A stretch of 64,000 nucleotides of DNA from Octopus vulgaris (lineage: Eukaryota), in NCBI GenBank assembly GCA_951406725.2, contig OX597831.1, forward strand, positions 29,326,001 to 29,390,000, in the 5' to 3' direction. The position numbers and the translations under genes were made by a program. The notes under the pieces were generated by a model, which was given only the letters and a program-made list of their open reading frames with translations, was not told where the DNA came from and ran no database searches. Positions 28,479-42,748 of this stretch are shown here, piece after piece (position 1 is the stretch's first letter; the number at the start of each line of letters is the position of its first letter).

Positions 28479-29754
28479 CGTATACATTCGATCCTTTTCC
28501 CAAGTAATCTAATGCTCGTAGCTTAGTTTTTCCTTGGGGCTGGCCGGATCGGAGCGATCTCAAGATTAATCAGCCGAAATTGCGAGGATGATCCGGTTCT
28601 TGACTGAAGATTGAAGGCTTCGAATGTCCCGTCCGTGTTTTTTGTATCGTCTTCTAAATGTTTTACGTTCTTGTCCCAGTTTGTATTTTTCTACATATCA
28701 TATATATATATATATGATATGTAGAAAAATACAAACTGGGACAAGAACGTAAAACATTTAGAAGACGATACAAAAAACACGGACGGGACATTCGAAGCGT
28801 TCAATATATATATATGATATGTAGAAAAATACAAACTGGGACAAGAACGTAAAACATTTAGAAGACGATACAAAAAACACGGACGGGACATTCGAAGCGT
28901 TCAATCTCCAGTCAAGAACCGGATCATCCTCGCAATTTCGGCTGATTAATCTTGAGATCGCTCCGATCCGGCCAGCCCCAAGGAAAAACTAAGCTACGAG
29001 CATTAGATTACTTGGAAAAAGGATCGAATGTATACGAAACAAGGACAGAAAAACGGACGATGCCACACGAATATAAATACAAAAAACAATAATAGTAATA
29101 ACAGGACAAAAACAGCGGGTGTCTTACGACTATAGACAGTACAACTAGTTTTAGCTGGCGTATTTGAAAAAAAATGCCTTTTCCGGCAGACGAAGACAAC
29201 GATGTTCTCGTGGCGCTGGTTAGAAGCTGAAAGGCTGGTTGACCAGCGGTCACGTGAGAGGAAGAGAGAGAGAAAAGAAAGGGGGCAAAGGAATCAAAGA
29301 GAGATAGAAAAAGAGGGACGAAGGCACCAAAGGGGGAGAAGAGAGAGAAAGAAGGAATTAAAGAGGGAAGAAGAAAGAAAGCGTGCCAAGGATTGGCTTG
29401 GCGACAGAATCAGTGAGGTGCAAAGTGAGAAAGACAGAGAAATGTGAGAGAGTGGGGGAAGTGGAGAACAAAGAATCAGAGGCAAGAAAAGAGAAAAGGA
29501 GGAGAAGTAGAGAGAGAAAGAGAGAGATCAAAGTAGAGTGCAAAGTGTAAAAGGCAGAGAAATGTAGGAGAGAGAGACAGTGTTATAGGGTCGTACCAAA
29601 TTGAAAGGAATATGTACTTACATACAAGGCCAAAGGGGGTACGGGCGTCGCTATATATATTATATGTAGAAAAGACAAACTGGGACAAGAACGTAAAACA
29701 TTTAGAAGATGATACAAAAAACACGGACTTCAGTCAAGAACCGGATCATCCTCG

Positions 29755-29757
<3 letters not shown>
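28476..29757. mobile_element. PLE-like family P1: inverted and tandem terminal repeats plus GA/CT-rich body
   Basis: 28476-28700 is the reverse complement of about 28813-29039; partial direct copies at 28713-28805 and 29663-29757; solo fragment at 11760-11832; units separated by (TA)n. Confidence 0.78.
28554..28619 (+). ncRNA. Candidate non-circularly permuted hammerhead, intact core
   Basis: GCGAT-C-TCAAGA-ttaatc-AGCC-GAA-ATTGC-14 nt-TCTTGA-CTGAAGA-ttgaa-GGCT. Confidence 0.6.
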
Positions 29758-29794
<37 letters not shown>

Positions 29795-29923
29795 TAAGTA
29801 GGTGAATGAATTATCCTAGCATGGAAAATTCGTTTAACCGATACCTGGGTAGCAAATTCACGTCATGTGTCGAGAGTAAAGGAATTTTGTTAAAATCTTC
29901 GTTCGACTCCATTCTTTCATTTA

Positions 29924-30059
<136 letters not shown>

Positions 30060-30519
30060 ATGAGCTTCCACACAACGTAGCTTCCACGTAACGAAATGGT
30101 TCGGGAAACAACGATCGACAGAATAAATAAGTACTGTGGTCGATTCGTTTGACCGAAACTCTTCACGGCGGTGCCCCAGCATGGCCGCAGTCCGATGACT
30201 AAAATGAGTAAAGGCTAAGAGAGATATCAAGATGTTCATCGAAACCCCACATATTACAGGGGGTCAGAGGCCCTTAATACCCTCCTCACTAACCACTCGA
30301 ACACCACGCCAATATGCTATAATTAGTCCAGAACCAGTTTATAAGCCATGTTTACTTAGGAAGAGACGGCAATGTCGGGTGGGCGAAAAATCTGCGGAAT
30401 AATCCGTCTGAGCGGTTTATTCCGGTGTTGATTGACATCAACGAAAACTATTTGTTGACTTAGCCAAGAGAAACTGTATTTGCTTAAGAAAGTAAACATC
30501 AAAAAACAACAAAAATTTA

Positions 30520-30980
30520 CATAGCATACATATATACATACATACAAACACATACATACATACGTACATACGTACATACATACACACACATACATACATA
30601 CATACATACATACATACATACATACATACACACACACACATACATACATACATACATAAATGCTTACATACATACATATGTACATACAAACATACATACA
30701 TACATACATACACATACACACATACATACACACAAACATACATACATACATACAAACATACATACATACATACACATACATACATACATACATACATACA
30801 TACATAAATACATACATACATACATACATACATACATACATACACATACATACATACATACACATATATACATACATAAACACATACATACATACATACA
30901 TACATACATACATACATACATACATACATGCATAAATGCATACATACATACATACACAGACACATGTACACACACACACA
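30520..30980. repeat. (ACAT)n/(AC)n compound microsatellite
   Basis: Direct reading. Confidence 0.97.
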
Positions 30981-31215
30981 AATAAACAATAAGCCAAATT
31001 ATTTGAAAGAGGCTAACATTGTAATCTCACTGTTTGGTCAACAGAATTGCTAAAAATAGCAGTTGAATCTCTCTTAAAGCACATACTGTAATATTAAACA
31101 TGAACAGAAGAGTCTTCACTAAAACAATTTTGTTCAAATGTTTTTATTATTTAAAAAAATTTTTCATTTTATTGTATCAGGACTTACCTGCGGCGAAACA
31201 ATAGCAAAATATAAG

Positions 31216-31275
<60 letters not shown>

Positions 31276-31858
31276 GTGTATCTGTCTGCCAGTCTGTCTG
31301 TCTGTTTGTTTGTTTGTTTTTCTGTCTGTTTGTCTGTCTGTATATGCGTGTATCATATTTATTATATACATTTTGGCAGTGACCCAGCATGGACACAGCC
31401 TTAGGGCTGAAGCGTGTAGAATGATAAAAAGAATGTGTGTGTGTGTACGACTGTATATATATACTCAGTATAGCACATAATAATTCATTGCTATTATGCT
31501 AAAGTGTCGTAAGTCCAAAACGTTGCTTTTTCAGAAAAAGAAAAATTAGTTTCGCCATTCCATAAAAAAAGACATTGTACTACATTTGACAATTTATGAT
31601 ATCTTGGCATTTGAAGCAGCTGGAGATACGATAGTTTGACCAAAAGAACCCGCCATTGCAAGCAAAAATAAATATTGAAAGTAAAAACGCATTAGGCGAA
31701 ATTTGGACATAGGACAGTTTAACATAATAGCAACAAATTACATGCTATTATGGAATACCGTGTATTCCATATATTGAGTAGATATACAATATATAACAGA
31801 TATATTATACATACACATAACACCACACATAAACACACACACACACACACACACATAT

Positions 31859-32086
31859 GTATTTCTTTACTACCCACAAGGGGCTAAACACAAAGGGGAC
31901 AAACAAGGACGGACAAAGGGATTAAGTCGATTATATCGACCCCAGTGCGTAACTGGTACTTAATTTATCGACCCCGAAAGGATGAAAGGCAAAGTCGACC
32001 TCGGCGGAATTTGAACTCGGAACGTAACCATAGACGAAATACGGCTACGCAGGTTGCCCGGCGTGCTAACGTTTCTGCCAGCTCGC
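31859..32086 (-). mobile_element. SINE family C, near full length
   Basis: Reverse complement of the family C consensus. Confidence 0.88.
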
Positions 32087-32099
32087 ATATATAGTATCA

Positions 32100-32216
32100 G
32101 GACTCTTCTTTTTTTCTCTCTCTCTCTGTCATTGCTTACACGTGACCATCGTCCATCTTTCTTGTTCCTCAATTGACAATGTTACTTTTCCTGCACGGAC
32201 GTTTAAACGAGCGAAC

Positions 32217-32255
<39 letters not shown>

Positions 32256-32790
32256 ATCTTTTCTCTTAAAAAAACAAAAATATTTCTCCCAGCATTCACT
32301 ATTTTCCTCTCGTTCTGGTCTAACGACGTTCCATTTCTCTTTTCGTTCGGTTTCCTTGTATGTCTCCAGTATCATTTTTTTTTTGTTCCCAACTTTGATC
32401 CTCCATAAATCATAAATTTTATTTTATCATTTATGCGAGCAACTGTCTTTGAAGACTCATATTGTCGTTGAATGCAGGAAATGAGGAGTAGATAGACAAC
32501 CGACAACTGATGAAGAGTCATTTCTCTGTGTTAACTTGTCCTGTTTTCCATTTGTTCCTCTCGTTGTTTACGTATTTCATGTTTTTTGCACTGTTGGTGT
32601 CGTCCTGTACTCATACATGCATGAACTAGGGACAGCTGATGAAGGGGATTTTTCCTTGTGTAGTTCGTCTTGTACTCTGTTTTTTCGTTGTTAAAAAAAT
32701 GGTCAGTTCCATGCTGTTTTTACTTTTTCGTTTCTCGTTGAGTTCTACGTCTATTTGTGGTGTCCTGTACACACGTATATATATATTTAT
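32100..32790 (+). mobile_element. PLE-like family P2 copy plus a tandem 5'-truncated terminal repeat
   Basis: Homologous to 14585-15180 (-); a second GACA.CTGATGAAG.G unit starts at about 32629. Confidence 0.62.
32456..32518 (+). ncRNA. Candidate non-circularly permuted hammerhead (stem II decayed)
   Basis: CTCAT-A-TTGTCG-ttgaat-GCAG-GAA-ATGAG-15 nt-CGACAA-CTGATGA-A-GAGT. Confidence 0.55.
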
Positions 32791-32876
32791 ATATGCATGT
32801 ATATATACATGTAGATGTAGGTACGTACATATATGTTTGTATGTATGCATATATTTTATTTATTACACTATACATA

Positions 32877-32909
<33 letters not shown>

Positions 32910-33363
32910 GATATTATATATTATTTATTATTTATTATATATATCTATATATATACATACACATACACACACACACATACATACACACACACACACACAT
33001 ATATATATGTAAGGAAAAACCTACTTGGTGTACCTGTGTGTGTGTGTGCGTGCGCGCGCGTTTATATATATATTCAAATGAACACCTGCGACAAGAGCTG
33101 GACTTTCCTCTATCTATACTATAACAAATACACAACTTATTTATACTTAATCCAAGGTACTTCTGCGTTTCTCTCTTCTGTAAATTTACTATATTTTATT
33201 TGTTATCACCATTATTTATTTATTATTATTATTTTTTTTTTTTGGAGGGACATGTTTACCTAATGTGTCACAAGTTTCTGACAGTGTCCCTTGGTAACAG
33301 ACACGCGTGGAAAACATACATATATAAATATATACATATATAGGTATGCATATATAGGACACT

Positions 33364-33427
<64 letters not shown>

Positions 33428-33756
33428 CATACACTTTAATTAGTGTTGCAGTCAAATGTTAGAATCTATACGGCTTGCTCTACTAGTATTTCCAGTCTGT
33501 AATTAGTCTGTCTTTTCTCTCTTTAATTCGCTGATGGCGTCGATGATGACGACGACGACGACGACGATGATGATGATGATGATGATGATGATATATGATG
33601 ATGATGATAATGACGACAACGATGAGAAGGACGATGACTACGACGATGATGATGTTGATCATAATGGTGATGATGATGAAGACGATGATGATGACGGTGA
33701 TGATGATAATGGTTGTGGTGGTGATGATGATGATGATGATGATCTTTTGTGCTATT

Positions 33757-34243
<487 letters not shown>

Positions 34244-34857
34244 ACACAATCCTGAAACTTTCGTTTTTAGTTTTATCGATCCCGAACAGATGAAAAGTAA
34301 AGTCGATCTCGGTAAAGTTTCAACTTTGTAGACGGACGAAATGTCGCTAATCATTTTATCCGGCGCGGTAACGTTCCGCGGGTTTACCGCCTTAATACTA
34401 ATAATATCTTTATTAACTACAAAGGTTTATATTAAGAAAAACATTTTGGACACTACAGGAAAAAACATGTATGTGTGTGAGTGTGTGAATGTGTGTGAGT
34501 ATGTGAATGTGTGTGTGTTATTGTGAGGATTTAGTGTGTAAACAAGATTAACAAAATTATGAAAGAAAGAGGGAAATCAACAATGTGTAATCTTCAATAG
34601 GGAGACGTTCGGGTGCTACTCGCTGTAAAACTCCATAAAAAATATCATGGGTACCCTGACGTTTGGGACAGGTGCCTTTTTTTCCTTTCCTGTTTTATTT
34701 TTCAGCTACAAGCGTATGCTCAGGGTAGGCCCGTTCACTCGCACCGTTCTCGCCATTTTCAACCACCTTTCAGCTAACTGGCTAGAAGACAACAATTCCC
34801 TCTCTACTCTTATTTTTCAAATGAAACTTGGAGAAGGTGAATAAATAAATAAATAAG

Positions 34858-35626
<769 letters not shown>

Positions 35627-35754
35627 CAATAATAATAATAATAACAACGACAACATCGAAAAATACCTTAGGAATGAGAACTCAGCTTCGAAATTTCCCC
35701 AAGACACCTGATGAAGGCTGGAGGGTATATCAACCGAAACAAGATAAGGACAAA

Positions 35755-35880
35755 ACTATTGAAAGGTTGCAAGACGCAACGAAAATATTAGGAAAATAAA
35801 AATTTTAAAAAAAGTGGAAATTTTACCGGTGAGTGTGTTATATTATAAGGCGCAAAAAGAAAATGGCTCTCCCCAGACAC
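35755..35880 (+). mobile_element. Short insertion with a 17-bp target-site duplication, probably a 5'-truncated LINE 3' end
   Basis: AACAAGATAAGGACAAA at 35738-35754 and 35881-35897; ends an ORF as ATKILGK*. Confidence 0.55.
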
Positions 35881-36534
35881 AACAAGATAAGGACAAATAT
35901 CCGTCATTTGTAAATGATGTAAATAATAAACATGAGTAATAATTAAAAGCAATAACAATTTGCAAAAATTCCTCATGAGTGGGGAGAATGTCACCCAGGG
36001 GAAACAAAGGGATCCCACAGATCCCGAGCCTCACCGGGCATACAATAGCAAGTGATCCTCTCTCTTCTCTGCTCCTCAGTGAACAAGCGCTAACGTACGG
36101 CTAGCCAACTCACTCGGACCTACAATATCCTCGCCGCATTCATTCATCTTTGAACAAATTTACTAGAGATGGGGAGCAGCACGTCCCTCTCAACCGTCAT
36201 TTAGCTTCACGATTGAAATTTTAAAAAAGTTGCTCGCATTCAACTGTTTTGTTATGTCCTTGTTGCTCACTCCAGTTGTTTCCAAAGCGACAATCTGGTC
36301 ACGTTTTGCTTTCGACGCAATGTCTGTTTACAAAATTGCTTTAGGCGAACGAAACAACAGACACATGAACAGGAGACATATGCAGATCTTTATGTAAAAA
36401 TGTAGATATTACATAAACCCAGGAAAAGCTTTAAACATGGGTAAATCTTTCTGGGACATCCTGTTTGTGTGTGTATGTGAGTATGTGTGTGTGTATCTAT
36501 CTATCTATCTACCTATCTATCTATCTATCTATCC

Positions 36535-36703
<169 letters not shown>

Positions 36704-36777
36704 TATGTGTATGTGCCTGTCTGTGTCTGTGTATATATATAAGCATATATATGCATATATATGTATATGTATATATA

Positions 36778-36820
<43 letters not shown>

Positions 36821-37139
36821 GCACACACGCCTACATACATACAGACTCATACGCACACACACACATACACACATACACACACACACATACGCATTAGCTA
36901 CCCCACCCCTTCACTTTTCCACTAGTCTTGTAACTTACTGGACACAAACACGAGAAAATATCAAAGGAAAAGAAAATGGCCGCCGAAAATGATTAAACTC
37001 GTTTCCTCAACACGTCTCACTCCACCACATCACCAACCGCTCTTCTCTCCTCCCAATCCCAATTCTCATACTCTCTCTATTCGTCTGTCCTTCAGTTCAA
37101 CCGTCCGTCTGTCTGTGTGTCTGTCTGTCAGCATATAAG

Positions 37140-37885
37140 TCTCTATGTATGCATGCATGTCTGCTTGTACGTAAGCATGTATGTATGTATGTGTGTATGT
37201 ATGTATGTGTGTATGTATGTATGTATGTATGTGTGTATGTGTGCATGTATGTATGTGTGTATGTATGTATGTGCGTATATATGTATGTATGTATGTATGT
37301 GTGTGTGTGTATGTATGTATGTATGTATGTATGCATGTATGTATGTGTGTATGTATGTGTGTGTATGTATGTATGTAAGTATGTATGTATGTGTGTATGT
37401 ATGTGTGTATGTATGTATGTATGTATGTATGTATGTGTGCATGTATGTATGTGTGTATGTATGTATGTGCGTATGTATGTATGTATGTATGTATGTATGT
37501 ATGTATGTGTGTGTGTGTATGTATGTATGTATGTATGTATGTATGTATGTATGTATGTATGTATGTGTGTATGTATGTGTGTATGTATGTATGTATGTAT
37601 GTATGTATGTATGTGTGTATGTATGTATGTATGTATGTGTGTATGTATGTATGTATGTATGTATGTATGTATGTGTGTGTGTATGTATGTATGTATGTAT
37701 GTATGTATGTATGTATGTATGTATGTATGTGTGTATGTATGTGTGTGTATGTATGTATGTAAGTATGTATGTATGTGTGTATGTATGTGTGCATGTATGT
37801 ATGTATGTATGTATGTATGTATGTATGTATGTATGTGTGTATGTATGTGTGTATGTATGTATGTATGTATGTATGTATGTGTGCC
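37140..37885. repeat. Long (ATGT)n/(GT)n compound microsatellite
   Basis: Direct reading; a similar tract lies at 38070-38625. Confidence 0.97.
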
Positions 37886-37963
37886 TGTGACTTTCTATCT
37901 ATATCTGTCTATCTATCCAAACAATTATCCTCCTTTCATCCATTCATCCATCATCTCTCTCTC

Positions 37964-37998
<35 letters not shown>

Positions 37999-39235
37999 TT
38001 CTCCATCTCACTCCTTATCTATCTTTATATGCATACAAGTGCGTGTATGTGTCTATGTAAAGTAAGGTGATGTATGTATGCATGTATGTATGTGTGTGTG
38101 TATGTATGTATGTATGTTATGTAGGAATGCATGTATGTGTGTATGCAAAGTATGGTAACGTATGTATGTATGTGTGTGTATGTATGTTATATAGGAATGC
38201 ATGTATGTATGTAAAGTAAGGTAATGTATGTATGTATGTATGTATGTGTTTTATGTAGGAATGCATGCTTGAAAGTATGTATGCATGTATGTATGTATAT
38301 GTGTGTGTATATTTGTATGTATGTATGTATTTATGTATATATGTTTGTATGTGTGTATGCATGCATGTATGTATGAATGTATGTATGTATATATGTATGC
38401 ATGCATATATGTATGCATTCATGCATGTATGTATATGTGTGTGTGTGTATGTTTGTATGTATGTACATGATGTATGTGCAGTAATATATATGTATTATAC
38501 ATGCGTGTATGTGTGTATGTAAAGTAATGTATGTATGTATGTATGTATGTATGTATGTATGTATGTATGTATGTATGTGATGTATGTATGTGATGTATGT
38601 ATGTATTTATGTATGTATGTATATATGTCGGTAGGTAGGGACACGCAGTTTCCACCTGAACACTAACTTTTTCCTACACTTCTCCCGTTTTTAAACATCA
38701 CGCTCTGTTCACTGCACTTTTAAAAAAATAATTCTATACACATACATAAATACTTATACAGATATACACTATAAACACACGCACACGTGCACTCATACAT
38801 ATGCATATGCCCTTACATACATAAACTCACATATACGTAACACACACACACATACACACACATACACATAAATATATGTAAATATACACACTCACACACA
38901 CATGCATACATAAAGCTGTGATTATCTGGCTCCTGTGTGTATGTATGCACGTGTTTCAGAGTATATATATATATGTGTATGTATGATATAGCATCCGTGC
39001 AAATGATATCGCCCCACAGGTGGCGCTGTCTATGCAAGTCTGTCACATTTATGTCAGCTATCTTAACTGGAGACCTAGACAAAGACTCCATCGTTGATCC
39101 ACCATTCGCGTATAAGACTTAGAAAAATTTCTTATTTGTGTGTGTGTGTGTGCGTGTATGTGTGTGCATGTGTGTGCGTGTGCATATGTGTGTATGTGTG
39201 TATATGTGCGAGCTCGCGCCCATTCGCTTCTGTTT

Positions 39236-39277
<42 letters not shown>

Positions 39278-39280
39278 ATG

Positions 39281-39336
<56 letters not shown>

Positions 39337-39717
39337 AATTGAGATAGGGGTTATAAGTGCAACCCTCCATGGGATAACATATATCCAATATACTGCTAGT
39401 GAAGTACCCAACAAAGTTAATACATAAATGTTAAGAATTGCGACGCAATTAATTCATTTACTGTATTATATGGGCAAAGGTAAAATGTTTTACCACAAAT
39501 TAATAATACAAAATAATAAAATGGTGAAACACATCTAAATCAATGATCAACTACCAGATAATACCCAATCACATAATTTATTAAACCACTAAATATGAAC
39601 ATTAAGGTCAAACATAATAATATAGAACAAAACAATGTACATGAAAGAGTAATATGATACAATAAGTACAGTATGTATAAGTGAATATAAATAAATACAA
39701 ATATAAATATAAACTAC

Positions 39718-39844
39718 ATCTTACAGCTGTTTCGGCCATGCAGATATGGGTGTCTCATTATGCTCATATTAACCATGTGTAATAGGTCAATATGTAGGTA
39801 TAAATGAGACACTTACAAAAATATCCCAAGGCCTCTTCAGAGAT
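39718..39844 (-). ncRNA. Type-I hammerhead ribozyme with long stem II, intact core, in an AT-rich PLE-like element (about 39335-39900)
   Basis: The - strand reads ATCT-CTGAAGA-GGCC...GTGTCTCATT/AATGAGACAC...GGCC-GAAACAGCTGTA-AGAT; palindromic stem III; GUA cut site. Confidence 0.85.
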
Positions 39845-40323
39845 TATGAAATACACACTAAATTAAATATGAATATCAGAGGAGGTACACCCATACAAGA
39901 GTGGGTACATACCCATAATATATAATATACACATACATATGAGTGCATATACTCATACACCTATACATATATATATATATTTACATATACATAATAATAT
40001 AAATCAATATACATACATATGTTCTATATTCAATGTTACAGTTGGTCAACATAATGTTATGATATTACAATGTAGAAAACATACACATATTCATATTCAA
40101 ATGCAGATATACAAAGTCAAGAGTACATTATATTAATTTACAAAATGTCATTAGTATTAACATCATTACTATTATCATTACCACTATTGCTACTAATATC
40201 ATTATTATTATTAATAATAATAATAATATTAATACCAGCAAAACAATATATGCATCACACGGTTAGCAACATAATAGCAAAAACAACAACAACAATAATA
40301 CTACAGTACCATGCAAAGCATTA

Positions 40324-40359
<36 letters not shown>

Positions 40360-40441
40360 TGTATGTATGTATGTATGTATGTATGTATGTATATATATAT
40401 ATATATGAATGTATGTATGTATATATATATATGAATGTATG

Positions 40442-40542
<101 letters not shown>

Positions 40543-40588
40543 ATGTATATATGGTAAAGGAATAAATGAATATCTTATGAACTTCTTT

Positions 40589-40670
40589 AGCTTACAGTTG
40601 TTTCTGCTCTAAAAATTCAGTGTACTCACAATTGAGTGCTTAGGTAACACTTTATAGCTTCATCGGAGTC
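40589..40670 (-). ncRNA. Decayed type-I hammerhead
   Basis: The - strand reads GACT-CCGATGA-AGC...GCA-GAAACAACTGTA-AGCT. Confidence 0.5.
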
Positions 40671-40824
40671 TCAACTATAATAGAATCAGCTGAAAGTTAA
40701 TGAAGCCTATAACGTAATTGTTTATGTCATCTCATATTCTTATAACAGTTCTGTACTCGATTAATGCTTCGTTCTGAAGCAGATGGGTATTGAGTTCTAC
40801 ACCAGATTATTTCTATCGCACTGC

Positions 40825-41229
40825 GATTGTGAGTAATTAGCTTGCTTACGAGCCACAAGGATCCCGGTTCAGTCCCACTTCGTGGCACCTTGGGTAAGTG
40901 TCTTCTACTATAGCCTCGGGACGACCAAAAATTTGTGAGTGGATTTGGTAGACGGAAACAGAAAGAAGCGCGTCGTATATATATATATATGTGTCTCCGT
41001 GTGTGTGTGTGTATTTGTGTGTGTGTGTATGTATGTGTGTCTGTGTCCCCCGCTTCATCGCTTGACAACCGATGTTGGTGTGTTTACATCCCCATTACTT
41101 AGCGGTTCGGCGGAAGAGACTGATAGAATAAGTACTAGGCTTACAAATAATAAATCATGGGGTCGATTTGCTCGACTAAGAAGGCGTTGCTTCAAGATGG
41201 CCGCAGTCAAATGACTGAAACAAGTAAAA

Positions 41230-41232
<3 letters not shown>
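40825..41232 (+). mobile_element. SINE family A, diverged
   Basis: Consensus match. Confidence 0.85.
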
Positions 41233-41279
<47 letters not shown>

Positions 41280-41367
41280 AGAGTTTACGCAAAAAACAAA
41301 AGACGAAGACAGGTGGTGTACAAAACAAGCAGATGTATTAGTATAACGTTCAGGAATAGAGAAAGTA

Positions 41368-41401
41368 TTTTACGTTTCGAGCCTACGCTCTTATACAGAA
41401 A
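41368..41401 (-). ncRNA. Decayed minimal hammerhead in a PLE-like fragment (about 41277-41455)
   Basis: The - strand reads TTT-CTGTATAA-GAGC-GTAG-GCTC-GAAACGTA-AAA; a related terminal fragment lies at 3688-3763. Confidence 0.5.
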
Positions 41402-41502
41402 GGGACACAGAAAAAACAAGGAGAGAAAAAAATGTGGCTAACGATCTATCATGGCGTCTGTTAGTTAATAGGTTAGTTACTCCACTAACAATTTTATCCA
41501 CC

Positions 41503-41546
<44 letters not shown>

Positions 41547-41906
41547 CTATATATATATATATATATATATGTAGCTAGATCGGTAGATAGATAGATAGAT
41601 AGATATGATATGATATGATACGATAAGTACGTATGCATATACATGAATATATACGTACATATATGCATATCTTACATATATACATAGTTACACAATCACA
41701 CATTTGTATGCATGTGTTTGTTTATGAGAACAGGCCTTACAGCTACAATAAACTTGACACACCAGGAAGTAAAATGTGTTACGCTTATGTGCTTTTTGTG
41801 ACTTTTATAGACTTAGTCCTGCTTCGTTTCCCTGATTCTCCTAAAAGTGATACAGAAATAGCTTGGCAAAATCCATCCAATAATACATACATACATACAA
41901 ACATAT

Positions 41907-41959
<53 letters not shown>

Positions 41960-42286
41960 CGCATACATATATACATACATATATGCAGGCATATGTGTAC
42001 GTGTGTCTGTGTTTGTCATAGATTAACTGCATATAACCACACATACACATTCGCACATACATATGCACTCATACATATATATATGTATATATATATGTGT
42101 GTGTGTGTTTCTTTGTGTGTATATGTATGTAGGCGCACACTCAGAGGTACACATATATAAACACACACGCATACACATATGTACACAGATTTATAGATTC
42201 CTAGCATTTCTACAAAAATCAGACAAAATCACACTCACACACACACGTATAGTATATGTATGTGTGTGTGTACATATATGTATCAA

Positions 42287-42697
42287 CAAAGTGTTCGGGC
42301 TAAATTTGACAGTTTGCATAAAAGAAAAAGAAAACACAATAGTAAAAGAAAACGGCTGGGGGATAAATTTGTTACTGAAGTAACTAACCTATTAACGAAC
42401 AATAACAAGAAAGGACCCAACCAGTGCGTGTGTTTGTTATTATTGGCATAATGCCCCTCCCAAGGTTCAATAGTAAAACACAGTATCCTATCCAAAAGTA
42501 CAAATAGTTTGGAAAAAAAAAATTATCAACTAGGCGCAGGAGTGGCTGTCTGGTAAGTAACTTGCTTACCAACCACATAATTCCGGGTTCAGTCCTATTG
42601 CGTGGCACCTTGGGCAAGTGTCTTCTACTACAGCCTCGGGCCGACCAAAGCCTTGTGAGTGGATTTGGTAGACGGAAACTGAAAGAGGCCCGTCGTA

Positions 42698-42748
<51 letters not shown>

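Noticed and set aside
28691-28910. CRISPR-like direct repeats
   Set aside because: About 100-bp tandem terminal-repeat copies separated by (TA)n, with no unique spacers or cas genes; eukaryotic context.
29585-29650. GIY-YIG endonuclease C-terminal remnant (FQFGTT) on the - strand
   Set aside because: Too short to distinguish from chance.
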